A DNA stretch of 64,000 bases, from the NCBI GenBank assembly GCA_004431415.1, contig QPMI01000599.1:1-64000 (forward strand), given 5' to 3'. The stretch's first letter is position 1, and every line of letters starts with the position of its first letter. Position numbers and translations under genes: made by a program. Below the pieces are notes generated by a model. That model was not told the origin of the DNA and did no database searches. It was given only the letters and a program-made list of their open reading frames with translations. Positions 1-13,200 of this stretch are shown here, one piece after another. The stretch comes from Cyanophora paradoxa CCMP329 (Eukaryota > Plantae > Glaucophyta).

Positions 1-2408
1 CCGACATGAAGAAGCAGCTCAAGAAGGCCAAAGCAGAGCTCGAGCACGAGGCGGCGTGGAAGTTCGTCGAGAACATGTACACCCTCGAGGCGGGCTTCGA
101 CAAGCGCGTCTCGGACAAGCTCGTCGATCTCCTCTTCGAGCCAGGTGCCTGCTAGCGCGGCCCGCGGAAGAGTTCCGTGCCTCCTGCAGCTCAATCTCCT
201 TCCAGGCGTGTTTGCGAGCCTCGATGTCGCCGAAGTCGTGAAGCACTGGACAAACACCGGCCGCATGTCCGCAGAGGTGCAGCGCTAGCGCCATGTTTAC
301 AGATGCTTTGCGAGCTCGCTGCCAATGCACTGATTATGATCGCGACTTCGTTAACGTTATATATAATTAGCGTTGCGGGGCAGGTTGCGCAGCACTACAA
401 GTTCGTGCTCCTCGGGGACGGCGTCCAGCGCAACCCGGAGCACATGGCCGCCGCTTACAGCGTGCGCGCTCACTAGATTTGTTGTGCTTTAGAGAGATCG
501 ATTGCAAATAAAACAAACTTATCTCTCTTTTTCGCAGATTCTTCTGCATTTGAATTACCCGAAGGCGAGCCTAAAGATTGCACTGGTATGTGCTGCGACT
601 GCTGATATCGGTCAAAAGTATATGCTCGAGTCTGATGCGGGTCTCGGATCTGCGCATGCAGGCCGAGGTCATGAAACGAAAGCAAATATTCCTCGAGGAG
701 ACGGAGTCGGGCACCGACGCGGCTACAAAGAGAATGCTCCTTGTCAAGTTGACCGACGCAATCGAGCGGCTCGCGTTGGTACGATACAAGCACGATCGCC
801 TCGAGCTCTCCGGATCCCTTGCTTGCAATGCGTTGCTTGCACACATACGTATACTAGATCTTTATCAAAGCGGGCCGGGCGCCCGGGGCGCAGGTTCATC
901 CAAAGGCAGCGAAGAAACTGAAAATTCGCATGGTGCGTAGTAATTATAACGTCAACGATAACTTTGAATTCGCTATGACATCCTTAAAATTACGCACTGT
1001 TTTTCAGGAGGGAGTGAAGCTCCGCGAAACGCACTTGGGCTCGGACGATCGCAGCATTCCCGAAGCAAAGTGGCGCGTTGGCCAGTCCTACATTGAAGTC
1101 CAGGAAATCGACATGGCCAAGAAGATATTGCAGGCGAAATCTTTTTCTGCGATCTAGATCATGATCCGCGCTCTAATGTACGTCTGAATACGTGCACCCT
1201 TGGGCAGGAAGCCTTGGAGAAGCACAAGAAGGTCATTGGCATCGAGGACAAAGTACTGGTGGGGATTCTTGGTGACCAGGCGGTAGTCCAGGAAAAGTTG
1301 AACGACGAGAAAACTGCTAGGAAGACCTTCGAGGTGGGCAGTGCTAGCGCTGTGGCCATGGCCATGGCCAGCTGCAGTCATCACCCCTTTCATTTTTGCG
1401 ACAACTCTTTTAAGACTGCGCGCTTCAGAGTGCTTTGGCGATGGTCAAGAAGCTGTACGGCCTCGAGCACTTCGAGGTCGCGACCGTCCATCGCAACTTC
1501 GGGAAGTTCCACCTCGGTCGCAAGGGCTACGAACCGGCCCTCGAGCACTTCGACGCGCGCCCTCTGATTGCAATAACAATCGAAGGCCAGAGTCACGCTG
1601 CTGATCGCTTCCTGATCGAGCAGGAGGCGCTGCGCATCCAGAAAATCGTTTACGGAGAGGATCACCTGGAGACGGCGCGGACGAACTTTGCGATCGCTAC
1701 AACGTACGATGTCATGCCCGGGCCGAGCTCGCTTCAAGACAGGGCGAGGGAACTGGCCGAGGTGCTGATCTGCTGATTGATGTCTCATCGATATCGGCGA
1801 TTTGCAATTGATATTGTTTATTCATTTGATACTGCGATTTTCAACGCACAGAACGCGCTCGAAGTTTTCGAAGCGGAGCTCGGAGAATCCAACCCGGAAA
1901 CCAAGCAGGTATGTGTAAATAAACATTACGTATACGCACGTGCAATCTGGCTCTAGATATTAGAGAGTTTCTGACGTCGACTCTATCTCCCTTTCGATCG
2001 CGAAGGTCAAGAAGCTTCTTCAAAAGCTCCCGAAGAACGTCTTCGACCGCATGACGCAAATGTTCGAGAAGGTCTACAGCACCCAGGTGCGCATGCGCTG
2101 CCGTTCTCAGAGGGTTATCACTAATCTTACAATTAATTTGCGATGCGCGTGTGCAGAAACCCCTTGACAGTGATGTTTTGAAGGCTGCATCGAAAGTGGA
2201 GGTCGGCAGCAAGCTGCAAGCGGGCGAAGAGTCCGGCAAAGGCCTTTTTAGCTTGGGCGGTGCTGCTACGAAGGCCAAGAAGCTCACGAAAGGATCCAAG
2301 AAAAAGTTCAACAAAACGGCTGCCCTTGTTGGAGTTGTGCTTCTCGGTCCTGTCGGCGCCGCCGCGGGTTTTCTCGGGCGGGGTCGTAAAAAGACTCCCT
2401 CAGGGTAA
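1..2408 (+). CDS. 3' part of a multi-exon TPR-repeat protein (kinesin-light-chain-like TPRs); 5' end lies outside the window
   Basis: Spliced frames give DMKKQLKKAKAELEHE..., LRETHLGSDDRSIPEAKWRVGQSY, MVKKLYGLEHFEVATVHRNFGKFH and EALRIQKIVYGEDHLETARTNFAIATTY, which match the KLC-type TPR pattern (xxxLGxxHxxxA). GT-AG introns; stop after KKTPSG at 2408. Confidence 0.75.
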
Positions 2409-3457
2409 GTTCGCACTCTGCGACATGGTTGGATGGCTCGCGCGGCCATGCGGTATTGATCAAATATTGGGCATGATCTGCTGGGCACTCATTGAATGAT
2501 CATGACCTTGCGCTGTTTTGTTACGTAGTACCTAGGATTCACGTAGCACTTGCGTAACACCGCCCTTGAGCTCTCGTATACGTATACGTAATTAGACTCA
2601 GCTATATATGTTATATATAAATATGTGTGTGACATCACGATCGTACCCGTCTGCCGTTTGGACCCATGCTGTCGGCAGACGTCGACTGGCCGCGACAGGC
2701 GTTTCGGCATCGCCTGGCAATATAGCTGTAGCTATGTAGCTAGCTTGCAAAAACTTGTAGCTTGCAATTGCGATTGCCTGGTAGCTTGTTCAGTCGGGGT
2801 ACACGTGCACGTTAATACGTATACTGTTTTACTGCTTGCACGGGCTAGCACTAGTACTATATATATAGATCGTGGCTAGACACTGTGTAATAGACAGCCA
2901 GGGTGTTGGTGTCTCTATATATGGGGCAGTCGGGGTACCGGTCCCCTTGCAATTAGCATGGATCAATTAAAGCTGCAGCTCATACTACTACTATGATATT
3001 AATTAGCTATAGGCTTCCTCCGGTCCTTCCCACGTGCACTGCTGATCCTGACCTGTTCTTGCGCCCCTTCACCCGATATCGATAAATATATACACACATG
3101 CACACCCTCCCCTCTCCTCCCCCGGCCCCCCTTCCCCTCCTTCCGCCCCCCCCCCCCCCCCCCCCCCCCCCCCGCCCTCCCCCCTAGCCTACGTGAACCC
3201 GGCACCCCCCGGCCGCCCCCACTGCAGCTGCAGGGCCGCGCCCCCCGCTCCGGCCCCCGGGCCCCCCACAGCTCCAGCATGCGGACCGACCTCGCGATCG
3301 CACTGCAGCTGTTCATGATCATGACGCCGGGCTGTCGCGAACACCTGCGCATGATATCGATGCGTGCGCGTGTTTATTTCTTTTGCTACGTCCCCCTAAG
3401 GACCTGCTTGCATATATGTATACGTATAAATTATATCAACGAATCCGATATCGATCG

Positions 3458-4451
3458 CACTACGGCAATTCATGCGATTTTACAATACTATGTCATCATG
3501 ATACTCTGAGACCAGCATCGTACCTAGATTACCTTCTAATTACCTAACCACTGAGGCACATCTCAGACGCATATCTTTACGAACATGAACCGAGCTCATG
3601 CTAAGCTACATTACAGGAGTACGACTTCAGAAAAAGAGGAAAGAAATACACCGAGGGGGTGACTACGACTACGACTACGAGTACGACTACGGGTGGGGTG
3701 GGGTGTACCGAGGGGAGCTCGTGCATGTTGGAGAAGATGACGGAGGAGAGGAGGATGCCGGGCACGAGGCCGCCGGCGCCGGCCGCCAGCCGCTGCAGCA
3801 GCATGCCCCGGTACACGGCTTCCTGCGCGCCGATCGGGTCCGGGTCAGAGGCGCAGGGGAGGACCAGAAGCGGGCGGCGAGGGGCCTGCGGGGTCGGGGC
3901 GCGCCTCGCAGACGGGGGCGACGGCGGCGGTGGCGGCGACGCGGTCCGTCGGGACGCGCCCCGCCTTCTCGGGGGGGAGGGGGAGGGGGAGGGGGGGGGG
4001 GAGGTGGGGGGCGGGCGGCGCGGCTCGTCGGGCGGGGCGGAGGCGGGCGGGCGCGGCAGCGGCTGGGCGGCTCGCCGGGTGGGGCGGAGGAGAGACGGGC
4101 GGGGCGAGGCGCGGCGGGCGCGCGGCGGCGCGGCTCGGCGGGTGGCGGAGTAGTGACGGGCGGCTCAGAGGCGCGGCGGGGGGCAGCGCGGCTCGCAGGG
4201 CTTTTTGTTCCGTTTTCGATTAAAATATCTGAGACCAGCAGCGTACCCGATCTGATTAATATTACACTACGGCAATCTCACAATTGTAATTTCTGAGACT
4301 GGCAGCGTACCTAGATTACCTTACCTAACTGCATGCTGAGGCACATCTCAGACGCATATCACTAAGAACATGAACCGAGCTCATGCTAAGCTACATTACA
4401 CAAGTACACGTTCAATTCAGGCGACTTAAGGAAAAGAGGAAAGAAATACAC
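3458..4451. repeat. Pair of ~190-bp imperfect direct repeats (3458-3651 and 4265-4451) enclosing a captured gene fragment
   Basis: Both copies share cactacggcaat...ctgagac..gcgtacctagattacctt...gaggcacatctcagacgcatatc...gaacatgaaccgagctcatgctaagctacattaca...aaaagaggaaagaaatacac. A third partial copy starts at 4229. Confidence 0.85.
3689..3961 (-). pseudogene. 273-bp duplicated fragment of the neighbouring CPBP protease gene (copy of 5503-5775, including one intron)
   Basis: Near-identical to 5503-5775 by direct comparison. The fragment has no start codon and no flanking exons. Confidence 0.85.
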
Positions 4452-4587
4452 TGGCGAAAGTCTACGGACAGAGAAATTAATGCTCGGTTGACTGCCCTAG
4501 GCACGGCAGCGAGCAGAAATAGTGATACACTGCAGCTGGAGCGGAGGAGCCGCTGAGCCCTGCCGCACACACTCGGGCGCCGTCGGC

Positions 4588-6678
4588 TCAGGCGGAGGCT
4601 GCCGTGGCGGGGGCGGGGGCGGCGGCCGCCGCCGCGCTGCCGCCCACGAGAGCGTCCACGGCGATGCACCCGAGGTTGTGCCGCGCGTGCAGCACCACTG
4701 CCGGGGTACCCGGTCATTACTTTGGGGGGGCGGGGGAAGGAGGCGGGCGGGGAAGCGGGGCGCGCACCCGGGACCCACAGGCGGCCGCCGGCGGCGATGA
4801 ACGAGAGGGCGTACATGATTCCCGAGTCGATGCGGATCTGCGTGCGGACACGGGCTCAGGGACGAGCGGCCGGGAAGGGGGCGGGCTGCAGCGGGGGCCA
4901 CCTGGCCGTCGGCGAGGATGTCGGACCAGCCGGGGTGCCCCGCGATGTGGCTGAGGCGCTCGGAGATGTAGCTCGCGTACAGCGCGCCCCGCGGCTGGCC
5001 CTCGATGTGCTCCACGATCGCCCGGCTCTGCGCGCCGGCTCGGGCGGGGCACGGGCGCGCGCGGGGCGAGGGGCGAAGGAGGGGGCGGGCGGACCCACTC
5101 CTTGGCGGCGGCGGCGTCGTCAGTGGTCATGGAGGAGAGGTAGGCCTCGCGCAGGCCGCCCGTGCGGGGGTCGCGGAAGCGGAGCACGTGCCGCGCCGGG
5201 TGCGCCTCCTCGCCGGCCGCGCCCCGCATCGCCTCGGGCAGCTCGCGCTGGAACGCCGCGAAGCGCCGCAGCGCCTCGTCCCACCGCCCGCCCTTGCCGT
5301 GCACCAGCTCCAGCAGGTCCAGGTTCAGCCTGCGCCCCGGTGCAGCGTGAGAGGGCGGAGGGGGGGGGATTGGGCGGGGGTACCTGTGCAGGCGCTGCTG
5401 GATCTCGAAGAAGCGGTGCGGGCACTCGATGCGCGCCGTGCGCAGCAGCGCCGTGACCTGGGAAGGGGGTACGTGGGCGGCGATGTAGGGAACTGGGCGG
5501 GGACGGGTGGGGTGGGGTGTACCGAGGGGAGCTCGTGCATGTTGGAGAAGATGACGGAGGAGAGGAGGATGCCGGGCACGAGGCCGCCGGCGCCGGCCGC
5601 CAGCCGCTGCAGCAGCATGCCCCGGTACACGGCTTCCTGCGCGCCGATCAGGTCCGGGTCAGATGCGCAGGGGAAGACGAGAAGTGGGCGGCGAGGGGCC
5701 TGCGGGGTCGGGGCGCGCCTCGCAGACGGGGGCGACGGCGGCGGTGGCGGCGACGCGGTCCGTCGGGACGCGCCCGGCCGCCTCGCGGAGCACCGCCTCG
5801 GCCGTCCACGAGTGCCCCGCCTCGTCATGCGCGGCGCGGGCCTCCGAGTTGCGCTGCAGCGCCTCGAGGCGCGCCGAGGACCAGAGCTCGTGGCTCAGCG
5901 CCCCGTACACGTAGAACGAGAGCCCCACGAAGATGCCCAGCGTCGCCGGGCTGCGCGGCGCGTCAGTGGCGGGCGCACGACGGCGCGGGGCGGCGCCGGC
6001 TCGCCTGCGGCGGAAGAGGAGGAGGTGGTCCCTGACGGCGGCCTCGCCGCAGGCGGGGACGGGGTTGAAGCGGCGCAGGAGGGCGTAGAGGGCGACGGTC
6101 GAGCCGTGTATGCTCAGGTTGGTGCGCGTGAGGAAGTCGAGGGCCGAGTCCAGCGGCCCGCCGGCCCCCTCGCACGCCCCACGTGCCTCCGCCATCCGCT
6201 CCCGGGCGACGTCGTCGATCACGCCTGCGCCGACCGCGGCCGCGACTGCCGAAGGCATCAGAAGGGCGTCTGCGGCCGGGCGTGCGGATCGGGCGGGCGC
6301 ACGGCAGAGCAAAGTCTCGCGTGCGCCGAAGGCGACCTTGTCCCCGAGCGTCCGCGCGCGGGCGCCCCCCGCCGCTGATGTCTCCGCAATAGGGACGGCA
6401 TCCTGTGCCCGGCCGGATGCCTGCGCGGGCCGCCGCCGGCGCAAATTATGGGGGGAACCCAAACCGCTTCGGCGCGCGGGTGTGCCGGAGCGGCGCGCAC
6501 CTGAGCAAATAGCCTCGATAACCGCTGGGCGGTGGCTCGGAACATGTCCGGCCCCAAACAGCTGAGTAACTGCCCTGCTTCCCGATCGTGGGGGTACGCA
6601 AGCTCAGATTCGTCGATTGTACCCCAGCTTCGGCAGTCGCCGCCAGTCGGGCGAGCTCAAAGGAGCGGCGCTCGCCAT
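4588..6678 (-). CDS. CPBP/Abi family intramembrane glutamic protease (CAAX prenyl protease II/Rce1-like), multi-exon; start approximate
   Basis: The spliced product has the three family motifs: CE|EAVYRG (EExxxR), SSVIFSNMH (FxxxH) and VLHARHN (HxxxN). Hydrophobic segments such as TLGIFVGLSFYVYGAL are present. TGA at 4590-4588. Confidence 0.75.
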
Positions 6679-7245
6679 CGCAGCTCCAGCGGTCGGGCTT
6701 GGCTACGCATCTTCGACGCCTACGCCGCCGGGCGACCCGTGAGCTGCGATCCGACGACGGCGGCGCGCTCGGGAGGCAGTGCGCGCGACGAACGCTCTCG
6801 ATTTCGAATCAGCTGGCGAACGCCGAGCAGAAGCCGCGTTGGCAGCCGCGGAAAGCTCGATCCTCGTAAAGGGACGCCTAGGCCTGCGTTCGAGGAGCGC
6901 GGTTGCACTGCGAAGGGGCGGCGTGCTCAGGCTTCATCGATATCGATGTGGAATCGTTCGTGAAGTGCGCTCCCTTCGCTTCCGTGGCCGGCGCGGCCCC
7001 CGCGGCCGCGCGCCGGCGCCGGCGCCGCGCTGATCATCCACGCGCGCGTGTACTGCGCAGCTAAGCAGGCTTCGAGCTCGCTCTCGAAGACCGCCGCCTG
7101 AGCTGCGCTGCAGCTGGCACCCCGACCCATGTGCATGCATATGCGCGACACCGGATCCCGTACGCGTGGCCATATGCGCATGCATGGCCATGGGCCGGCG
7201 CCCGGCCGCGGGGCCGGCCGCGGTCTTAAGCTTGGAGGCTCTGCG

Positions 7246-10200
7246 ATGCAGAGGCCTAGGAAGAGTTCTGAGGGTTCTGCCTGTACACGTAGTCCTAGGT
7301 ACGCCCCAGTATCCTTGAGCTTTCGCGGCCCTCCGGTCTGATCGATATCATAATCCTCTGCGCAGGCGCTGGCATCGACGTCGCGCTGCGCATACGGGGC
7401 GGCTGCTCGTGTTGCTTCTGGCATTCTGGGACCTGGAGAGTGTCTCTTCTGCGGTCGGCCACGCACGGTCTCCCGGCTCAGCGGATGCACTCGCCTGCGA
7501 AGCCCTGTGCGGGGAGCCCCGCGTCCCCGCCGGCAAGGCCAGTGCGGCAGACCTGGAGTGGCTCGCCCAGAAGCGGCGCCTCGGGCCGGGCGGCGGGGCC
7601 GACGGGGCCGACGGGGCCGACGGGGCTGAGAGCTCGAGCCTCGTGAGGGTGCTCAAGGAGAAGGAGCGGCGCGATCACATGGATCTGCTCCTCGTGCAAC
7701 GGATGTTTCTCGAGCAACTGCCGTTTCCTGGCGGGCACTCGCTCCCTTCGGACTTCGCCGACTTTGCGGACGCGGGGGGTGCAGCCGCCCTCGAAGAGCG
7801 CTTCATGCGGATCTCGTGCGTAATATGTATTCAAGAAATTTAAAATAGAGCGATGTAGTCTCTATTCTGGAGCTTTATTTCTCGTTGACTGGCGTTCTCC
7901 TTTTTACAGCCCGTTGACCCCGTCGAACCTGGAGCAAGGTGACTTGTTCCTTCTCTCGGAGGCGGTGAAGGCAGGGGATTGCTGGATGTTCGCGAGCGCG
8001 GGGTTCGGTCTCCATCTCTGCTGGATGTTCGCGATCCCAGATACCGGGGGCCCTCTCAATTTCGACGTCGATTTCTACAACGCGTCGTCCAGAGCCGCCA
8101 TCGATCGGTTCGGGACGCTCAAGCGGCTGCCGTCGCGGCTCGTGCATCGGGAGATCCCCAAGGACGATGGTGGGCGTGTTGCAGAATATATACATCGCGT
8201 TGCGCTGTTTTTCTGCAGCTCTCCAGACCCCTAATACAACCGATCGGAACCTGCAGACCTGTTCCTATGGGGCGCCGCGTACGGCTTGGACACCGAGATT
8301 CAGCTGATCCATGTCAACAAGTCCGGCCACGTCGCTGCTGCGCTCCCCTTGTTCGCGCCAGACAGCACAGAGCGGCACGAGAAGCGGCGCCTGTCCGACT
8401 TCGGGATCGGCCGCCTCTACCTGCTCCGCTACTTCCACCCGCAGACAGGCGACGTCGTGTACGAGGCGCTGAGCCCGCTGCCGGGCTCGCTCTGCTTGTG
8501 CTCGCCCCCGCTCTCCCGCAATTTTGCGTACGATCGCGACGAGGTCCGTCGGGCTCCGCGCATCTCGGTGCCGTCGGAGCCGCACATTCTCGTTGTAAGG
8601 TCCTGCTCGGCAGGGGCCTACGTATACGCAACAGGAGCAGACGCCGAGTGGGGCCTCATCTTCCGCGGCCGGCTGCAAGGTGCGCATCGCGTGTGTTCAC
8701 GTCTGCATCGATTCACACACCCGGTTCCTACGAGGCGGCTTTATCAACTTGACCCTGCATCGTTTCTTCAAAGAACTTCAATAAGCGCTAATTAAAATAC
8801 TGTCCCGCCTCGCAATTGTGCAGAAATCGGCGAAGCCGCCTCCTCAGGCGGCGAAGCCTCCGTCAAGTTCCAGCAAGGAAGAACCCAGGCCCGCGGCTGC
8901 GGCTGCCGCCGCGTCGACGTCTAGCCCGCGGCCGTGTCCCAGTGGGCCAGCTGCGAGCGCGAGCGCGAGCGCTCAGCCTTCAGCTTCGGCAGCGATCGCG
9001 CCTCCAGCATGCGCAGCACCTGCGCCGCGTCCGCGTCCAAAGAGCTCGCCTCCGATCGCGAGCTCGAGCGCCGCACCGCATCCAGCTTCGGTGCGCGCCC
9101 GCCCCAACATCAAAGCGGGAGCATTTCGCGTCTCTGAATCCTAGCTGAATTCCACACACGCGCGCGCGCGCGCAGGCCGAGGACGCCGGTACCGATGCAA
9201 TCGCCGATGCGATCAAGTTCCCAGGTGCGTTGTTTATAATTACAGCGCTCCGGATCCCGCAAATTTAGAGCTCTCTCGCCTTGGCGAAGTTCTCGATCTA
9301 AGCAGATTAATATTCTGAATACCCGCCTGGACGTGCAGACTGCGCCGCCCTGTGCGGAGAGCCGCACATCCCCGCCAGCAAGGCCAGCACGGCGGACCTG
9401 GAGTGGCTCGCCCAGAAGCGGCGCCTTGGACCGAGCGGCGGCGGCGGCGGTGGCAGGGCCGAAGGCATCGTGAGCAGCCTCAGCGAGCAGCAGCGCAGCT
9501 TCCACGCGCGGCAGAGCTCCACTAAGCGTGAGCACCTCGGGCCTGAGCCGCTCCTTCTTTTCTCCGACTTCGCAGACGAGGAGGGCGCGCCCGCCCTCCG
9601 AGAGCGCTTCGTTCGACTGGAGTGCGCCAATTATCTGATTCAATTATCGTCATATTAATAAATCACTGTGTCAAGAATAGAGTTTAAATCGCAAGCGCAT
9701 GGCCTTCATTCCCACTGGCACTTTTTGGGGCCAGCTTATGACCATGCGCCCTCGATCCAGCCCGGCGGGCCTGGATCTAGATTGGGGCGTTTCCGATTGG
9801 TGGAAGACCGTCGACGCTCTGGCGGTGGCCGACAGCTGGGCGTTCGCGGAAGCGGGCTACCACCTCAACCGCACGCGGCTCGACGACGACGACTTCTACA
9901 GCACGGCCTTACGGCTCAAGATCGAGCTGGCGCCGGCGTTCGACCGGTACCCGAAATCGGATCTCGCGGCGTCTTCAGGAGAAGGTGCAACACTTGCGCC
10001 TACTCACTTAAACGGCCCTTCGAATTCATATACTACGTTTCTGCAGACCTTCGTGCTGTTGATCTCTCACCTCGCGCCCTCGAAGAGTCGCGTTTCCAGG
10101 CCGCTGCTACGGCGCTCGACACTGAAATTCAGCTCATCCTCGTCGATGAGTCCGGCCGCGTCACCGCCTTGCCCCCGTTTGCCCCGAACAGCACCGATCG

Positions 10201-13200
10201 TGAGAAGCGACGCCGGCAGCTGTCTGACTTTGGCATCGGGCGCCTCTACGTCCTGCGCTACTATGTACTCGATCCTATCGCTGACTACCTCGTCTACGAG
10301 GCTCTTGGTCTGCGGGCGGCCTCGGGCGCCTCCGGATCCTGTGCCTGCTCCCCGCCCCTGCCCCGCAACTTCGCATTGCCGACATGTAGCCCACGACCGT
10401 TGCCGTCAACGTTGTCGACATCGAAATCACCGCCGGCGCCGACCGCGGCGCCGACCGCTGCGCCGCCTGCAGCTGCAGCTGTCTCTCCAACTTCAGCTCC
10501 ACTAGATCTGGAGAACTCCGGCCAAATACCAGCGACGCAGCTTTCGGCAACGCAGGTAGCAACTTCTCCGGTTAGCTTTCTCGCAGTCCTGTATTATTGA
10601 CACATTTGACATCCTTTCTGACTGCAAACGCTTTAAATCTTTTCAGGCTGCAGCTGCAGCTGCAAGTGATCATGTTCAGGAACTCTGGAAAACGACGTCG
10701 GCGAATTCAGAGCTCGCAGGTACGTGTTTTTTTTGTTGGAAAAATTGCTTCTCTAGATCTCTGCAGCAGGGCAAATTAAAGCCCATGGCGAAGTCCTCGA
10801 TCTGACAGATTCTGAAATGTCCGTCTGCGCGCGCAGACTGCGCCGCCCTGTGCGGAGAGCCCCGCGTCCCCGCTGGCAAGGCCAGCGCGGCAGACCTGGC
10901 GTGGCTGGCCCAGAAGCGGCGCCTCGCGATGGGGCCGGCGCCGGGAAGCAAGGCCGACCGCAAGCTCAAGGGCGTGGTGAAGGTCGCCTCGGCAGACGAA
11001 CTCGCCGCCCACAAGCAGGCCAGTGCCTCTGAGCTGCCCTCTTTTTCGAACTTGCAATTGGCTCGCACACTGCAGCTGCCATGTGCCGCCTTAAGCTTTC
11101 TTACCAGGTCGTCCTCGCGCACGCCGGGCTCGAGTTCGTCGGCCCCGCTCCGCTCTCCGAGTTCTCCGATTTCGCGGATGCGAAGGGCGCGGACGCCCTC
11201 CGGAGCCGCTTCAAGCGCATCTTGTGCTCCCCTATCCTTGAGCTAGCGCTTCCCCGACCCTGGACCTCAGCTTACCTCGGCGCGTGTCGCAGCCCGGGTC
11301 TCTTGGACGTAAAGACGGACAGCTGGAACCTGTTCTTAAAGGCGCTCAAGGTCGGCGAGAAGTGGGGCTTCATGGAGAAGGGGTACAGCCTCGACTTGGC
11401 GCGCCTCGACGACGCCCTCTTCTACAGCACGTCTGTGAAGCGCAGCATGAACGAGGACCTCTCGCCGGCGCTCATGCACGGGCAGATCTCCGCCAGAGCC
11501 AGTGAGCCCCCGGGCCCCTTCTTCTTGCCCGAACTTTTGCGGCCGATCGTTCTTCGAACCCTCGCGTCTTCGCAGACTCGCGCTTCTGGGCCGCTGCGAC
11601 AGCGCTCGATACCGAGATCCAGCTCATTCACGTCGACGAGTCGGGCCATGTTGCCGCCCTGCCACCGTTCTCGCCGAACGGCACCGCCGCACCGGACGGC
11701 CACGCCGATGGGCGGCGCCTGTCGGACTTCGGGATCGGGCGCCTCTTCGTGCTGTCCTACTTCCACCCGGAGTTGGGCGCCGGCGACGTCTTCTACGAGG
11801 CGCTGAGCCCGCTCCCGGGCTCCCCTCACGCCTGCCCGTGCTCGCCCCCTCTGCCCCGCGACTTCGCCTACCCACAGGTCCGCCTGGTCACGACCCACCG
11901 TACCTCCCTCCAATGTTTCGCACTAATTATAAGGACTCTCAAATGTGGCAGGCTTCAGCGCCAGTCGACGTCTCAGCAACCCCAGCGCCAGAAATGCGGC
12001 CTGCGGCAGTGCAGCCCGGGCCTCCAACGTCAACGACGTACGCGCGGGCAGCCTCGAGCTCGGTTCTCATCCCGCCGCGCCCGCGCACTAGTTTCGGATG
12101 TTTTCGCACGCGATGACTCGATCCTTCCAGGCAGGAGTGGCGTCGGGGTCGCCGGAGGCTGCAGCTGTCGACCGCCCTCCGCATCCCAGCACCAGCACTG
12201 CGACGCGTGCAGAGCGAGGCGGAGATCTTGAACAAGCGACAAACGCCGACAGCGCCAGCGCCAGCGATCTCGAGGTCGAATTTCCAGTAGGTGCGAATCT
12301 GAAGAGCTCTCCCGGCATGCTCATGATGCCACGCCGTGTGTGACGAAGCTCGCAATTTGAAATCTTTTATGCAGACTGCTCCAAGAAGTGCCGGGTTCCT
12401 CTCATCCCCGCCCGCAAAGCCAGCGCGAAGGACCTGGAGTGGCTCGCACAGACGCGAGGCCTTGGACCGGGCGGCAAGGCCAAATTTAAAGGGGTCTTGA
12501 CTGCACCCACACAAGGCGAACTTGACACCTACAGGCTTCGACACGTGTCCTATTTGCAGGGCTCATCTGCCGGCCCAACTACACTTCCCGCATTCTCCGA
12601 AATTGCGGACGCAAGGGGTGTAGACGCCCTCCACAGCTATTTCATGCGGCTCTAGTGCGTGCAACCGTGCATCCTTCTGCAAGCTAATTTGAACTTGTTA
12701 TTTGTATATCACAGCCCAATGGACGCGGCCGTGGAGCACAAGTCTCTCGACACGCTGACCGAGGCCATGCGCCTCATCCTGGAGGCGGTCGAGGTCGCTG
12801 AATCTTATAGTAATTAAAATGACCCTATGGTATTATAAGCCTAGGGCCTCCTCTAAGTATACGTAATAGATAACAATTCGAATTCGCCAGTTGGTCTTGA
12901 TTAAATTGTTTTTTCTTTTCAAGTTCCCCCTTAAGCCGCTTAAGCCTGCAATTGGGCGGCCCCTGCCGTGCTGCATGGTGTCTAGAGACTGCGGCCGGCA
13001 ATATTAATATTAATGCACTAAAACCAATTGCGCATGATCTCACGGTGATTGTGCAGATCGCCGACTTCTGGGCCTGGTTTGAGGCGGGATGGTTTCTTGA
13101 TCATGAGGAAAGCGGCGGCGCCTTCGAATTCTACAGAACGGCGCTTTTGGACGCTTTAGACCGGCACGTAGAGAAGCTCCCCTCGCGCCTTTTCCACCAG

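Noticed and set aside
3458-4451. LTR retrotransposon or TRIM
   Set aside because: No TG...CA ends, PBS, PPT or TSD are recognisable, and the cargo retains an intron.
12651-12660. Premature TAG in repeat 4 suggesting a pseudogene
   Set aside because: The G belongs to a phase-2 GT donor at the same position as in repeat 1, so the spliced codon is TAC.
12840-12965. Possible small hAT-like MITE in the long intron of repeat 4
   Set aside because: The terminal match (tagggcctcc / gggcggcccctg) is too weak and no TSD is visible.
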